This document shows positions 15,891-24,794 of a DNA stretch of 24,794 nt, piece by piece. The stretch covers positions 1-24,794 of the forward strand of contig JBHIBI010000001.1 of the NCBI GenBank assembly GCA_046758985.1, given 5' to 3'. The position numbers were made by a program, and so were the translations under genes. How positions within the stretch are numbered: position 1 is the stretch's first letter; the number at the start of each line of letters is the position of its first letter. A model generated the notes under the pieces. It saw only the letters and a program-made list of their open reading frames with translations, made no database searches and was not told where the DNA came from. The DNA is from Dehalococcoidia bacterium (GTDB lineage: Bacteria > Chloroflexota > Dehalococcoidia > Lucifugimonadales > JBHIBI01).

Positions 15891-16418
15891 ATGCCGGTCA
15901 CAGTACTGGTCCTCTACGACAGCCATGGCCCCCTGATGGAGTCCCTGGCCTCCGCGGTGCTGGAGGGCATCGCCCAGGTGAATGGAGCGGTGTCCCTCAA
16001 GAAGCACCTGAGACAGGCACGTCGGGAGGACCTGCTGGCCGCCAGCGGCATCATCCTGGGCTCTCCCAACTGGAGCGGCATCACCGGCTCTCTCAAGAGC
16101 TGGCTGGATGACCAGGGTGACCTGTGGGAGGAGGGAGCACTGGCAGGCAGGGTGGGTGCCGCCTTCGCTGTCGGCCGGGGCAGGCATTCGGGCCTGGAGT
16201 TCACCCTCCTGAGCCTGCTCCACTGGATGCTAGCCTGCGGGATGGTCGTCGTGGGGCTCCCCTGGAGCCCCACCATGCGGGTCTCCGGCTCCTACTACGG
16301 TGCCACGGCGGCAGGCGAGGTCACCCCCACGGACCTGGAGCAGGCACGGCACCTGGGGCAACGGGTAGGTTCCCTCGCTGTACGCCTGAGCTCAGGGATA
16401 CCACCAGCAACCCCCTGA
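15891..16418 (+). CDS. WrbA-like flavodoxin-fold NAD(P)H:quinone oxidoreductase
   Basis: VLVLYDS, IILGSPNWSGITGSLKSWLD, GRVGAAFA, YYGA, ARHLGQRV; start probably ATG 15891 (TTG 15876 possible). Confidence 0.85.
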   Translation: MPVTVLVLYDSHGPLMESLASAVLEGIAQVNGAVSLKKHLRQARREDLLAASGIILGSPNWSGITGSLKSWLDDQGDLWEEGALAGRVGAAFAVGRGRHSGLEFTLLSLLHWMLACGMVVVGLPWSPTMRVSGSYYGATAAGEVTPTDLEQARHLGQRVGSLAVRLSSGIPPATP

Positions 16419-16429
16419 GGAGAGGGACC

Positions 16430-16612
16430 ATGCCCAGCCCTGGAGTGGCGAGTCTTCAAGAGCAGATTGTCCAGTTCCCCACCTTTGCCTTGCAAGAGTG
16501 TCGAATAACGCCACCATACCTGGGTGACATCCCTCGGTCTCCGGGAAAGCGTGGACGATGGCTCTGGAATCAGTTCTCCCACGGCGTTGACATTTCCGGG
16601 AAAACCCTTTAG
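16430..16612 (+). other. Short ORF (60 aa) with SD, possibly a decayed gene remnant
   Basis: SD GAGGAGAGGG right after the flavodoxin stop; MPSPGVASLQEQIVQFPTFALQECRITPPYLGD...; weak GC3 bias. Confidence 0.3.
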
Positions 16613-16615
16613 CCT
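16587..16615 (+). promoter_or_regulatory. Putative sigma70 promoter for proX
   Basis: TTGACA (16587-16592), 17 nt, TAGCCT (16610-16615); implies a 5' UTR of about 265 nt. Confidence 0.55.
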
Positions 16616-16887
16616 AACTCGGTCTCTCACTGTTGCCCTGCCAAGGGCCCTAGCTCAACTGCCTCCTCGTAGATATCCCATTACCGTCTCCACAGCGGGG
16701 GCAAAACTATACCTCCCCAGGGTCGGGGAGATAGCGACCACCAATGAAAATGAAAAGGAGGTGAAAGGACAAATAAGAGTCTCTCAAAACGCTGCAATCG
16801 TCCCAATGAGGGCCTCTCGTTGGGACCAACGGGTCAGCAGCTTGCCAAGTACTGAGAGGACTACAAACAAGGAGGAGGTACAACGCT

Positions 16888-17949
16888 ATGTTCGGTAAGG
16901 CCTCTCTGCCCCGACTGCTGGGGCTTATCATAGCGGTACTAGGTATGATTCTGGTGGGCGCCGCCTGCGCAGGTGAGGAGAAGGAGCCCATCAAGTTTCA
17001 CGATGGCCAGTGGGAAAGCAACTGGGAGCACATCAATATCGCCGGGTACATCATCAAGCACGGCTATGACTACCCGGTGGAGTTTGTCGAGGGTACCACA
17101 GGCACCATGCTGGTCACTCTCCCCGAGGGAGACATAGACGTGAACATGGAGCTCTGGCGGAAGAATATCCAGCCCTGGTACGACGAGAACATCGCCAACG
17201 GCAAGATCGTGGACCTGACCGGGACTGGGGACAGCGTCCCCAACGGAAGCAAGGGGCAGATCCTGGAGACCTCCCGCCAGGGGTGGTACGTTCCCACCTA
17301 CGTCGTGGAAGAGAACCCCGGCCTGAAGTCGGTGCTCGACCTGCCCGACTACAAGCACCTGTTCCCGGACCCGGAGGACCCCAGCAAGGGTGTCTGGGTC
17401 AACTGCATCATCGGCTGGCAGTGCCAGAAGATCTTCAGGGCGAAGTCGTTCGCCTACGGTCTGGACGAACACTACAACGTCATAGAGCCGGGATCCGGGG
17501 GGGCCATTGAGGCCAACATCTATGGAGCCTACCAGGCCGGCGAGCCCGTCCTTTCCTACTACTGGGAGCCCACCAAGCTGATGAATGATCTGGACATGAC
17601 CCTGCTGGAGGAGCCCGAGTGGAACGAGGCGTGTCATGCCGCCATCCAGGCGGCGATAGAGGCGGAGCCCTATGAGTCGGAGGTAGCATGCGCTGAACAG
17701 GAATACGACGTCCACACCGGGGTTAACAGCAGCCTGGTGGAGCGCGCCCCCGAGGTGGTGGATTTCCTGGGCAACATGTTCATCGGAGCCCTCGCGCTGG
17801 GCGACCTGGCTACCTGGAAGACCGAGAACGACAAGGAGTGGGACGAGGCAGCTATCTACTGGCTGAAGAACAACGAGGATACCTGGACCCAGTGGGTCCC
17901 CTCGGACGTGGCGGACAAGGTGAAAAGGGCTCTGGAAAAGGAAGACTAG
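16888..17949 (+). CDS. proX: Glycine betaine/proline-type ABC substrate-binding lipoprotein
   Basis: SD AAGGAGGAGG; lipobox LVGAAC; DGQWES, DIDVNMELW, GWYVPTYV, NCIIGWQC, YYWEPT. Confidence 0.9.
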   Translation: MFGKASLPRLLGLIIAVLGMILVGAACAGEEKEPIKFHDGQWESNWEHINIAGYIIKHGYDYPVEFVEGTTGTMLVTLPEGDIDVNMELWRKNIQPWYDENIANGKIVDLTGTGDSVPNGSKGQILETSRQGWYVPTYVVEENPGLKSVLDLPDYKHLFPDPEDPSKGVWVNCIIGWQCQKIFRAKSFAYGLDEHYNVIEPGSGGAIEANIYGAYQAGEPVLSYYWEPTKLMNDLDMTLLEEPEWNEACHAAIQAAIEAEPYESEVACAEQEYDVHTGVNSSLVERAPEVVDFLGNMFIGALALGDLATWKTENDKEWDEAAIYWLKNNEDTWTQWVPSDVADKVKRALEKED

Positions 17950-17988
17950 ATCCCGAGAAAGCGTCTGAACAGGGAGCCGCACATGTGG

Positions 17989-18020
17989 ACGCGCGGGAGG
18001 ATTTGCATCCTCTCGCGCGT
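17989..18020. terminator. 14-bp hairpin between convergent proX and proW
   Basis: ACGCGCGGGAGGAT-ttgc-ATCCTCTCGCGCGT (one G-U pair). Confidence 0.7.
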
Positions 18021-18041
18021 ACCTCTCTGGGACCTGACAGC

Positions 18042-18983
18042 CTACGGGTTGGTCTGGGCACGCGGGTCCTTGGCAAAGCCCTGGGAGATACGGTCGATGA
18101 TCACCGCCAGGATGACAATGCCGATGCCTCCCATGAGTCCCTTGCCGAACTCCAGCATCATGATGCCCGCCAGTATGTCCGCCCCCAGCCCCCCTGCGCC
18201 CACCATGGAGGCGATGACCACCATGGCCAGGGCCATCATAATGGTCTGGTTGACCCCCGCCATTATGGTAGGCCGGGCCAGGGGGAGCTGGATCTTGAAC
18301 AGCAGTTGCCACGGAGTAGTGCCAAAAGCCCGGGCCGCCTCGATGAGCTCCGGGGACACCAGGCGGATGCCCAGATTGGTCAGCCGCATGGCCGGCGGAA
18401 CGGCGTAGATCATGGTGGCCATCACTGCCGGCACCTTGCCCAGGCCCAGGAAGTAGATGGCGGGGATAAGATAGACGAAGCTGGGCATGGTCTGCATGCC
18501 ATCCAGGATGGGACGTATCAGGGACTGCAGCCGGTCGCTCTTGGACATGGCAATGCCAACGGGGATGGCCACGGTGACCGACAGGAAGGTTGCGGTTCCC
18601 ACCACCGCCACGGTACGCATGGCCTGGTCCCACAGGCCAACCACCCCTATGAAGACAAGGCTTACCACGGAGATCAGGGCGATTCTGTGGCCGCTTACCC
18701 TCCAGGCCAGCAGGCCTACCGCCCCAGTGAAGAGCCACCAGGGCAGCCAGAGCAAGGACTTCTCTAGGGGGACCAGCGCCCTGAGCAACACCGCGGTGAG
18801 GGCGCGGAAGAAGCCGCGCCAGTGGATCACCATCCACTCCACCGCGTTGTCCACCCACTTGTCCAGGGGCAAGCTGAATACGGACGGAAATTCAGATGCG
18901 GTTCCCCTCAGGGCCAGGCCCAGGCCCACGGCAGCCACCACGGCGAAAGCCAGCGGCCATCTCCATCTGTGTAGGCCGTTCAT
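18042..18983 (-). CDS. proW: Glycine betaine/proline ABC permease
   Basis: PILDGMQTMPSFVYLIP, MRLTNLGIR, ELIEAARAFG, IMAGVNQTIMMALAMVVIASMVGAGGLG; start MNGLHR at 18983 (SD GGAG), 19028 is the alternative. Confidence 0.93.
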   Translation of the reverse strand: MNGLHRWRWPLAFAVVAAVGLGLALRGTASEFPSVFSLPLDKWVDNAVEWMVIHWRGFFRALTAVLLRALVPLEKSLLWLPWWLFTGAVGLLAWRVSGHRIALISVVSLVFIGVVGLWDQAMRTVAVVGTATFLSVTVAIPVGIAMSKSDRLQSLIRPILDGMQTMPSFVYLIPAIYFLGLGKVPAVMATMIYAVPPAMRLTNLGIRLVSPELIEAARAFGTTPWQLLFKIQLPLARPTIMAGVNQTIMMALAMVVIASMVGAGGLGADILAGIMMLEFGKGLMGGIGIVILAVIIDRISQGFAKDPRAQTNP

Positions 18984-19124
18984 ATTTCTCCATCTGCCTA
19001 CGGCGTTGATACTCCGTGGAATATTCATTGAAACCCCCTCTTATGCCTGCAGGAGTGGCCCCCTGGAATACGAGTATGAATTCCTGTGACTATGCATATC
19101 AAGCCCCCGGGATGGAGCGAGGAC

Positions 19125-20387
19125 CTACCCGTCGCTGCCACCCACAGAGGTGTGGGCCTTCTCCTGGGTCTGGGCCCTGTGGCTCTCGGCGATGCTGCCC
19201 AGCAGCGCCGCCCTGGGGACCACTCCCAAAAGCTGGCCCTCATCGTTCACCACCGCAATGGGCAACTCGCTTTCGGCAGCCAGGGGAACGAGGTCATCGA
19301 TGGGGCTAGTGGGGTGGACACACGGGCACGATGAGAGCTCAGACGCATCCAAGTCCCGGAGTGATTCGACACTGCGCTCCACTGCCTCTGCCGCCTGGCC
19401 TACTGTGATGACTCCATGGAGGGTCCTGTGGGAGTCCAACACAAAGGCGTGGTCTACGTCATTGGTCTGCATCACATGGAGGGCTACACGAGGCCCATGC
19501 CCCGGAAAGACCGTAGCATCCGGTTCTTGCATGATGCTGGCTGCCCCCATAACCCGCGTCCTGGAGACACCACGCACGAAATCGCCGACGTAGCTGTCCG
19601 CTGGGGTTGCCACAATCTCTTCAGGGACGCCCACCTGAATGATCTCTCCATCCCGCATGATGGCGATGCGGTCCCCCAGTTTCAGCGCTTCCTCCAGATC
19701 GTGGGTGATGAACACAATGGTCTTCTGCACCTGCTCCTGCAGGCTGATCAACTCATCCTGCATCTGCCGGCGGATGAGGGGATCCAAACCGCTGAAGGGC
19801 TCGTCCATCAGCAGAATCTCGGGGTCCACTGCCAGGGCGCGGGCCAGGCCCACCCGCTGCTGCATACCGCCGCTGAGCTCATTGGGGTATTGCCCCTCCC
19901 AGCCCTCTAGCCCCACCAGCTCGATGACCTCGGCAGCCCGACGGTAGCGCTCCTCCTTGCGGATGCCCTGGACCTCCAGGCCCCAGGCCACGTTATCAAT
20001 CAGCTTGCGATGAGGGAAAAGGCCAAAGTGCTGGAACACCATGCCGATCTTCCTGCGCCGGAACTCCCGCAACTGGGCCTCGTCGTACTGAGCCACGTCC
20101 TCACCGTCAACCAAGACCTGGCCGCGCGTTGGTTCTATCAGGCGGAGGAGGCAACGGATGAGGGTGGACTTGCCGCTGCCGGAGAGACCCATGACCACAA
20201 AGCTCTCTCCCCGCCGGGTCTCGAAGTTGACGTCCCGGAGGGCGATGACGCAGCCCGTTTGCTCCAGGACCTCACGTTTGCTGTGCTCCCTCCACTCTGG
20301 AGCGAGGACCTGTTCGGAACGCTGTCCATAGACCTTCCACAGGTTCTGCACCGAGATCCGTAGGTCGGTGCCGTTATCGTTCACCAT
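19125..20387 (-). CDS. proV: Glycine betaine/proline ABC ATPase with CBS domains
   Basis: [44 protein letters not shown]-terminal CBS pair; start MVNDNG at 20387 (SD AGGAG). Confidence 0.95.
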   Translation of the reverse strand: MVNDNGTDLRISVQNLWKVYGQRSEQVLAPEWREHSKREVLEQTGCVIALRDVNFETRRGESFVVMGLSGSGKSTLIRCLLRLIEPTRGQVLVDGEDVAQYDEAQLREFRRRKIGMVFQHFGLFPHRKLIDNVAWGLEVQGIRKEERYRRAAEVIELVGLEGWEGQYPNELSGGMQQRVGLARALAVDPEILLMDEPFSGLDPLIRRQMQDELISLQEQVQKTIVFITHDLEEALKLGDRIAIMRDGEIIQVGVPEEIVATPADSYVGDFVRGVSRTRVMGAASIMQEPDATVFPGHGPRVALHVMQTNDVDHAFVLDSHRTLHGVITVGQAAEAVERSVESLRDLDASELSSCPCVHPTSPIDDLVPLAAESELPIAVVNDEGQLLGVVPRAALLGSIAESHRAQTQEKAHTSVGGSDG

Positions 20388-20602
20388 AGGCCACTCTCCT
20401 CTCCTGCTCCTCCCGCCTGTGCTCACGCCCTTCCCAAGGTGATGGTACTGTGTACTCAACAGTAGGCTTGTTCGGAGTAACAGTCCTCCCTCTTTGGAGG
20501 TTGGAGTGTCTGGGGTGACTTCAGGATAGGATCGATGATCGGGGGGTACACTATGGCAGGCCCGCCTGCTCTGCCATCAGAGACAAAGGCACAGGCCCGA
20601 CG

Positions 20603-21205
20603 TTAGTTATTTGAGGCGATGCTTTGTCGGTAGAGGCTCCAGAGGGGCATAAGGCGCTCCTCCAGGGGGAAGGCGTAGTTGCTGACCGACCAAAGGGTTG
20701 CGGTGCTCTGCACCATCCCCAGAAAGAGTGTCGCCGCTCTGGCGAGATCGATCCCTGGACGGAGCTCCTCACGCTCCATAGCCTCGGTGAGGATCTCCCG
20801 AATGACAGCCAGGTATCGCTCCAAGAGCTGGGCAACCCCCTCCCGGAGCCGGCTGTCATCGAAGTGGAGCACCTCGGCAACGAGGATGAAGGAGACCCCT
20901 CCATGGAGTCCGGTGTGGGTCAGGTGGTTTTGGAACACCTTCTCCAGACTGGCTAGTCCTGGGCCCGCCTCCCGTCGGGCCTCTTGCACCATCTTCAACA
21001 ATCCTTGTTCCAGTTCCTCGATCAGCACCAGGAGGATGTTATGTTTGCTGGGGAAGTAGCGGTAGATGGCACCTTCCGACAGCCCAATCTCCTGGGCAAT
21101 GGTCTCGATGGTGACATGCTCCATGCCGTCGGTGATAATGAGCTTCCTGACCGCCTCAACGATCTGGTGCTGCCTGACCAGGGTTGTTGCCCGTTTGATA
21201 GTCAT
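20603..21205 (-). CDS. TetR/AcrR-family transcriptional regulator
   Basis: RQHQIVEAVRKLIITDGMEHVTIETIAQEIGLSEGAIYRYFPSKHNIL HTH. Confidence 0.93.
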   Translation of the reverse strand: MTIKRATTLVRQHQIVEAVRKLIITDGMEHVTIETIAQEIGLSEGAIYRYFPSKHNILLVLIEELEQGLLKMVQEARREAGPGLASLEKVFQNHLTHTGLHGGVSFILVAEVLHFDDSRLREGVAQLLERYLAVIREILTEAMEREELRPGIDLARAATLFLGMVQSTATLWSVSNYAFPLEERLMPLWSLYRQSIASNN

Positions 21206-21220
21206 GAGGTCTGAAGATAC

Positions 21221-21273
21221 AAGTGAACGCTTACTTACCTAATTCATTATTGAGAAAATACCTCATTTGTCAA
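21221..21273 (-). promoter_or_regulatory. tetR promoter with downstream imperfect palindrome (candidate auto-operator)
   Basis: Minus strand TTGACA (21273-21268), 16 nt, AATAAT (21251-21246); AAGTGAACGCTTACTT (21221-21236) lies between the predicted TSS and the ATG. Confidence 0.55.
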
Positions 21274-21465
21274 CCCCGGTTGTCGTAGGGGTGAGTCTCA
21301 CCGGGGAAGATATGTGACGGTGGCCACCACCCCTGGGCTTGGAGGAGTAACCGGTCTTTCCTGCGCCTCCCCACCTCCTTGCACTTCCCCATAAGATGGG
21401 CGTACAATGCGTGGTGCTCCCCCTAGCTCTAGTCTACGCAGGAAAGGGCTTCGTCTTTACCTCAT

Positions 21466-22725
21466 ATGAACCGCCCCACAGACGAAACGGCACCGGGCGA
21501 GGCCCGGTTACGGGAGCGGCCGGCCCGCTTCCACGCCTTCGCCTCCCTGCAACACCGCGACTTCTTCTTGCTCTGGGTCGGAACCCTCTTTGCCTCGGGG
21601 GGCGTCTGGATTCAACAGACCACCGTGGGCTGGCTGGTGTGGGAGCTTTCTGGGTCGCCCCTTCTGGTGGGCACGGTTACCGGGATACGGGCTCTCCCCC
21701 TTCTGATCCTGGGCCCCTGGGGTGGCGTCGCCGCTGACCGTCTCGACCGCAGACACCTCCTCATCGGCACCCACGTCGTGCTCACGGTGGCCGCCTTCCT
21801 GTTTGCCCTGGTGATAGCTACGGGACAGGTACAGGTCTGGCACGCCTTTGTCTTCGTCCTCGTGGCTGGTTCTGCATGGTCCTTTAACCAGCCTGTGCGC
21901 CAGGCCCTGGTAGCCAACACAGTGCCCAGTAGAGACCTGATGAACGCCGTTGCCCTGAACGCTATGGCCTTCCAGCTCAGCAGGGTCATCGGGCCCGCTG
22001 CAGGCGGAGTCCTGATTCTGGTGGGAATGAGGGAGAGCTTCTTGCTTCAGGGCCTCCTCTACCTGGGTGTCGCCCTGGCCGCCCTGCCGATGCGGGTGCG
22101 CTTCGAACACCGACCTCTGGTCCAGGCTTCTGTCTTCTCCAACTTGATAGAGGGGATGCGATTTGTCTGGAGGGACCGCATCCTCCTGGGGCTTATCGCA
22201 ATGGCCTTTGCCACCGTCATCTTCACCATGCCAGCTATCCACCTGATGCCGGTGTTTGCTGCGGAGATCCTCCACGCCGGACCGGAGGTCCTGGGGCTCC
22301 TGCTCTCCGCCATCGGCGTCGGGGCCCTGGTGGCAAGCCTAGCCGTGGCCAGCATCCGGGAGATACCCCGAAAAGGCACCATCCTCTTCGTTACCGCAGC
22401 GCTGGCCGCCGTCTGCCTGACTCTCTTCGCCTTCTCTACCTGGCTGGTATTGTCCGTTATCATCTTGGCCCTGATGGGCTTCTTCCAGCTCTTCTTCCGC
22501 ATGGTCAACATGACCCTGGTTCAAGTGCTGTCGCCGGATGCTCTGCGGGGTCGGGTGATGAGCATCTACATGTGGGACCAGGGACTCCTACCGCTCGGCA
22601 GCCTCATCATGGGCACGCTGGCACAGGTCTGGAGTGCTCCCACAGCAGTGGTGAGCTTCGGGCTCGCCTCCCTGGTGTTGCTGCTGTTCCTGGCCCTCCG
22701 TTTTCGGGCCCTCCGGCAGCTCTAG
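21466..22725 (+). CDS. MFS transporter (EntS/macrolide-efflux-like, 12 TM)
   Basis: Motif A GGVAADRLDRR, RDFFLLWVG, RQALVANTVP, LRGRVMSIY. Confidence 0.92.
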   Translation: MNRPTDETAPGEARLRERPARFHAFASLQHRDFFLLWVGTLFASGGVWIQQTTVGWLVWELSGSPLLVGTVTGIRALPLLILGPWGGVAADRLDRRHLLIGTHVVLTVAAFLFALVIATGQVQVWHAFVFVLVAGSAWSFNQPVRQALVANTVPSRDLMNAVALNAMAFQLSRVIGPAAGGVLILVGMRESFLLQGLLYLGVALAALPMRVRFEHRPLVQASVFSNLIEGMRFVWRDRILLGLIAMAFATVIFTMPAIHLMPVFAAEILHAGPEVLGLLLSAIGVGALVASLAVASIREIPRKGTILFVTAALAAVCLTLFAFSTWLVLSVIILALMGFFQLFFRMVNMTLVQVLSPDALRGRVMSIYMWDQGLLPLGSLIMGTLAQVWSAPTAVVSFGLASLVLLLFLALRFRALRQL

Positions 22726-22733
22726 CTACCGGC

Positions 22734-23540
22734 TCAGGCGCGCAAGGCTCCCCCGCCGAAGAAGCGGAGCAACTGCTCGGCAAACCTGTCCGGGTCTTCC
22801 GAAGCGCAAAAATGGGACAGCCCCGGCAGCACCACCAGCTCGGCACCGGGAATCCCCTGGGCCAGGGCCCGCGAGAGGTGAGGCGGGGTCAAGATGTCCT
22901 GCTCACCCACCAGCACCAGGGTGGGGACCCGAATCCGGCCCAGGGACGCCCGAACGTCAAAGGCCCCGATGCCATCCACCAGTTGGCCAAAGGCCTGGAG
23001 CCGTTGCGGGTAGGGATTCTCACTACGCTCGCGGACGAAACTCTCGAGAAAGCCGGGCCTGCCTAAGGTGTCGGGGCCGAACATCCACGGAGCCAGGGCC
23101 CGGAAGTATTCAGACCGCTTCATGCGGCGCTGCATCACCTTCCGAGAGTTGAGCACCAGCATCAGCCGGGGGTCCGGCGCAGCCATGCTGCCCGACAACA
23201 CCATGGAACTGACCACCGCCGGGCGTTCCAGGGCCATGTTCAGGGCAACCATCCCTCCCATGGACATCCCCACCACATGCACCTTCGATAGGGAAAGCTT
23301 GTCCAGCAGTCCCAGTGTGTCCCTGGTGAGGTCATCCATGGTGTACCCGATGCGGGGCTTGGAGCTCTGACCGATGCCGCGGTTGTCGAAGATGATGCAC
23401 TCGTACCTGCCCTTCAAACGCTCCACGATGGGGTACCAGAGGTTATGGTCGGCACCCAGCCCGGAGATGAACATCACCGGCTCCCCGGTGCCCGCTCGCT
23501 CGTAATACAGCCTGAGCCGTCCTACTGTCACCGTCGGCAT
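22734..23540 (-). CDS. Alpha/beta-fold hydrolase (enol-lactonase-like)
   Basis: Nucleophile elbow GMSMGG, DNRGIGQS, acid VGEQD, His LSHF; SD GGAGGG. Confidence 0.9.
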   Translation of the reverse strand: MPTVTVGRLRLYYERAGTGEPVMFISGLGADHNLWYPIVERLKGRYECIIFDNRGIGQSSKPRIGYTMDDLTRDTLGLLDKLSLSKVHVVGMSMGGMVALNMALERPAVVSSMVLSGSMAAPDPRLMLVLNSRKVMQRRMKRSEYFRALAPWMFGPDTLGRPGFLESFVRERSENPYPQRLQAFGQLVDGIGAFDVRASLGRIRVPTLVLVGEQDILTPPHLSRALAQGIPGAELVVLPGLSHFCASEDPDRFAEQLLRFFGGGALRA

Positions 23541-23585
23541 TGCCAGCCCTCCAAGCGCAAGTATGGTTTCCGGCGCACCGCTAGG

Positions 23586-24794
23586 TTAGCCGGTGCGGAG
23601 CTGGATGAACCTGAAGAGGAGAGGATGGGTCTCCCTAGCCAGCCGGAAGGCCTCGTCAGCCACCGCCCGGATGGAGAAGTGGGCCTGGGGTGCCGTGCGG
23701 AGCTTGAACAGATGGTAGCACTCCCGCAGGTTGAGCTTGGCCAGCACCCGCCGCCGGTGGGCATGGGTCACCAGGTAGGGGGCCAGGTGGGGATTGAAGC
23801 CGTACAGCCGGTGAAAAGCCCGCTCCGCCACCTCGATGCCCCGGGAGAACTCCTGCTCCAGCTTCGCCTGCACAACCAGCTCCGGCACCAGGTAGCCGTG
23901 CTCCACCGTCAGGGGCTGGGGGATGTAGCTCTGCATCCGGTGCCGCTTGAACTCCCGGTAGGCCCCGTAGTCCATGACCAGGTCGAAGGTGTAGTCCACC
24001 AGCTCCGCCTCCCGCACCGGGGCATCATGGGGTCCCAGCCGCTCCAGACACTGGGTAATGACCCCCTCCCGCTCCTCCGGCCCCATGCCCTGGACCCGCT
24101 CCCAGAGCTGCCGGTAGGGAGCCGTGGCGAAGCGGTACAGCAGGGCAGTCACCAGCCGGGCCTCGGCCTCGGGGTCGTAGCGCACCAGGTGGGCCTCCAC
24201 GTGGCTGCCTCTGGGGCTGGGCTCGGCTGGGGGAGCAAGGGCCCGCTGCCTTTGCCTGGCGACCACCAGGTAGTCATTGCACTCCGCGTACTTGATAAGG
24301 GTGGGAGTGATCGCCCGCCCCTGCACCTTCAGTTGCTCTCCCAGCTCCTGCTCCTCCAGCAGCTCCGAGGAGAGGAGCTTGCGGATGGCGTGCTCCATGG
24401 AGCGGGCGTTCATGGTGACGCCCACGTTGGTCAGGGTGGCGGCGGGCAGGATAAAGCGGCAACTGTCCACGGCCTGCCGTCGCAGCCGCAAGTTGTAGGC
24501 CGAGTCCTTCTCATCGGTACCCTGTGGCTCCACCGTGTGCAGGTACTCCCGGACGCCATCCACCATCTGGCGATAGGTCTGGAAAAGGGTCTCGCAGGCA
24601 CTGGTGTAGAGCTCGGCCATCGCGGGTTGACCCTGCAACTCCTTGGGGACGTGGTAGTAGCCTTCGGGGAGCACCTGGTAGCGGGTGGACTTCTCGGTGT
24701 AGGAGGCCAGGCGGTTGTCCTCCAGGGTGTCACAGGCCAGCCGGGAGATGTTCTCCACCGCCATGTGGATGATGCCGTGCTCCGCCACCGAGGC
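23586..24794 (-). CDS. thyX: FAD-dependent thymidylate synthase with tandem Thy1 domains, 5' end outside the window
   Basis: Frame open to the window edge (ASVAEHG); domain 1 SRLA..EDNRLASYTEKSTRY; domain 2 MDYGAYREFKRHR, NLRECYHLFKLRTAPQAHFSIR. Confidence 0.9.
   Translation of the reverse strand, partial: ASVAEHGIIHMAVENISRLACDTLEDNRLASYTEKSTRYQVLPEGYYHVPKELQGQPAMAELYTSACETLFQTYRQMVDGVREYLHTVEPQGTDEKDSAYNLRLRRQAVDSCRFILPAATLTNVGVTMNARSMEHAIRKLLSSELLEEQELGEQLKVQGRAITPTLIKYAECNDYLVVARQRQRALAPPAEPSPRGSHVEAHLVRYDPEAEARLVTALLYRFATAPYRQLWERVQGMGPEEREGVITQCLERLGPHDAPVREAELVDYTFDLVMDYGAYREFKRHRMQSYIPQPLTVEHGYLVPELVVQAKLEQEFSRGIEVAERAFHRLYGFNPHLAPYLVTHAHRRRVLAKLNLRECYHLFKLRTAPQAHFSIRAVADEAFRLARETHPLLFRFIQLRTG

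Noticed and set aside
16700-16800. c-di-GMP-I, glycine or c-di-AMP riboswitch call in the proX leader
   Set aside because: Only fragments of each consensus are present, missing or misordered; kept as an unclassified candidate leader instead.
16939-18858. 639-aa minus-strand ORF spanning proW and proX
   Set aside because: An off-frame read of proW joined to the antisense of proX; typical GC3 artefact with no domain signal. The same applies to 1847-2827-, 12543-13568+ and 17838-18767+.
1-24794. Mobile elements, prophage, defence systems, tRNA, rRNA
   Set aside because: No transposase, integrase, phage or defence motifs, terminal repeats, cloverleaf or rRNA signatures recognised.

Overview
A ~25 kb high-GC bacterial chromosomal segment with no mobile elements, CRISPR arrays, rRNA or tRNA that I can see. 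Gene content suggests Chloroflexota, Dehalococcoidia-like (inference: tandem-domain ThyX, Pro/Thr-linker lipoproteins, a 'MxEKYQREIEEIL' membrane protein). In order: partial SAM methyltransferase and class-III aminotransferase (-), ispH (+), ccdA (-), a cobalamin-riboswitch-controlled btuF-smallORF-btuC-btuD operon (+), a Rieske-ferredoxin 5' stump (-), a pseudo-receiver LuxR regulator (+) converging on a histidine kinase and REC-GAF pair (-), a methyltransferase (-), a membrane protein (+), a ferredoxin-type sulfite/nitrite reductase (-), a frameshifted chlorite-dismutase/HemQ-family remnant (+), two cupredoxin lipoproteins, a 39-aa zinc-finger microprotein, a WrbA-like flavodoxin, proX (+) converging on tetR-proV-proW (-), an MFS transporter (+), an alpha/beta hydrolase and partial thyX (-). 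The best finding is missing from the ORF track: a complete classical attenuator in the reductase 5' UTR. It has a TTGACA-17-TATACT promoter, a near-leaderless peptide MRKSMLVCCYCCPLT with 4 Cys codons in 5 positions, and mutually exclusive 1:2, 2:3 and 3:4 helices ending in a U-rich terminator. This points to cysteine-sensing attenuation of sulfite assimilation. No database searches or folding computations were run; family calls come from motif recognition.
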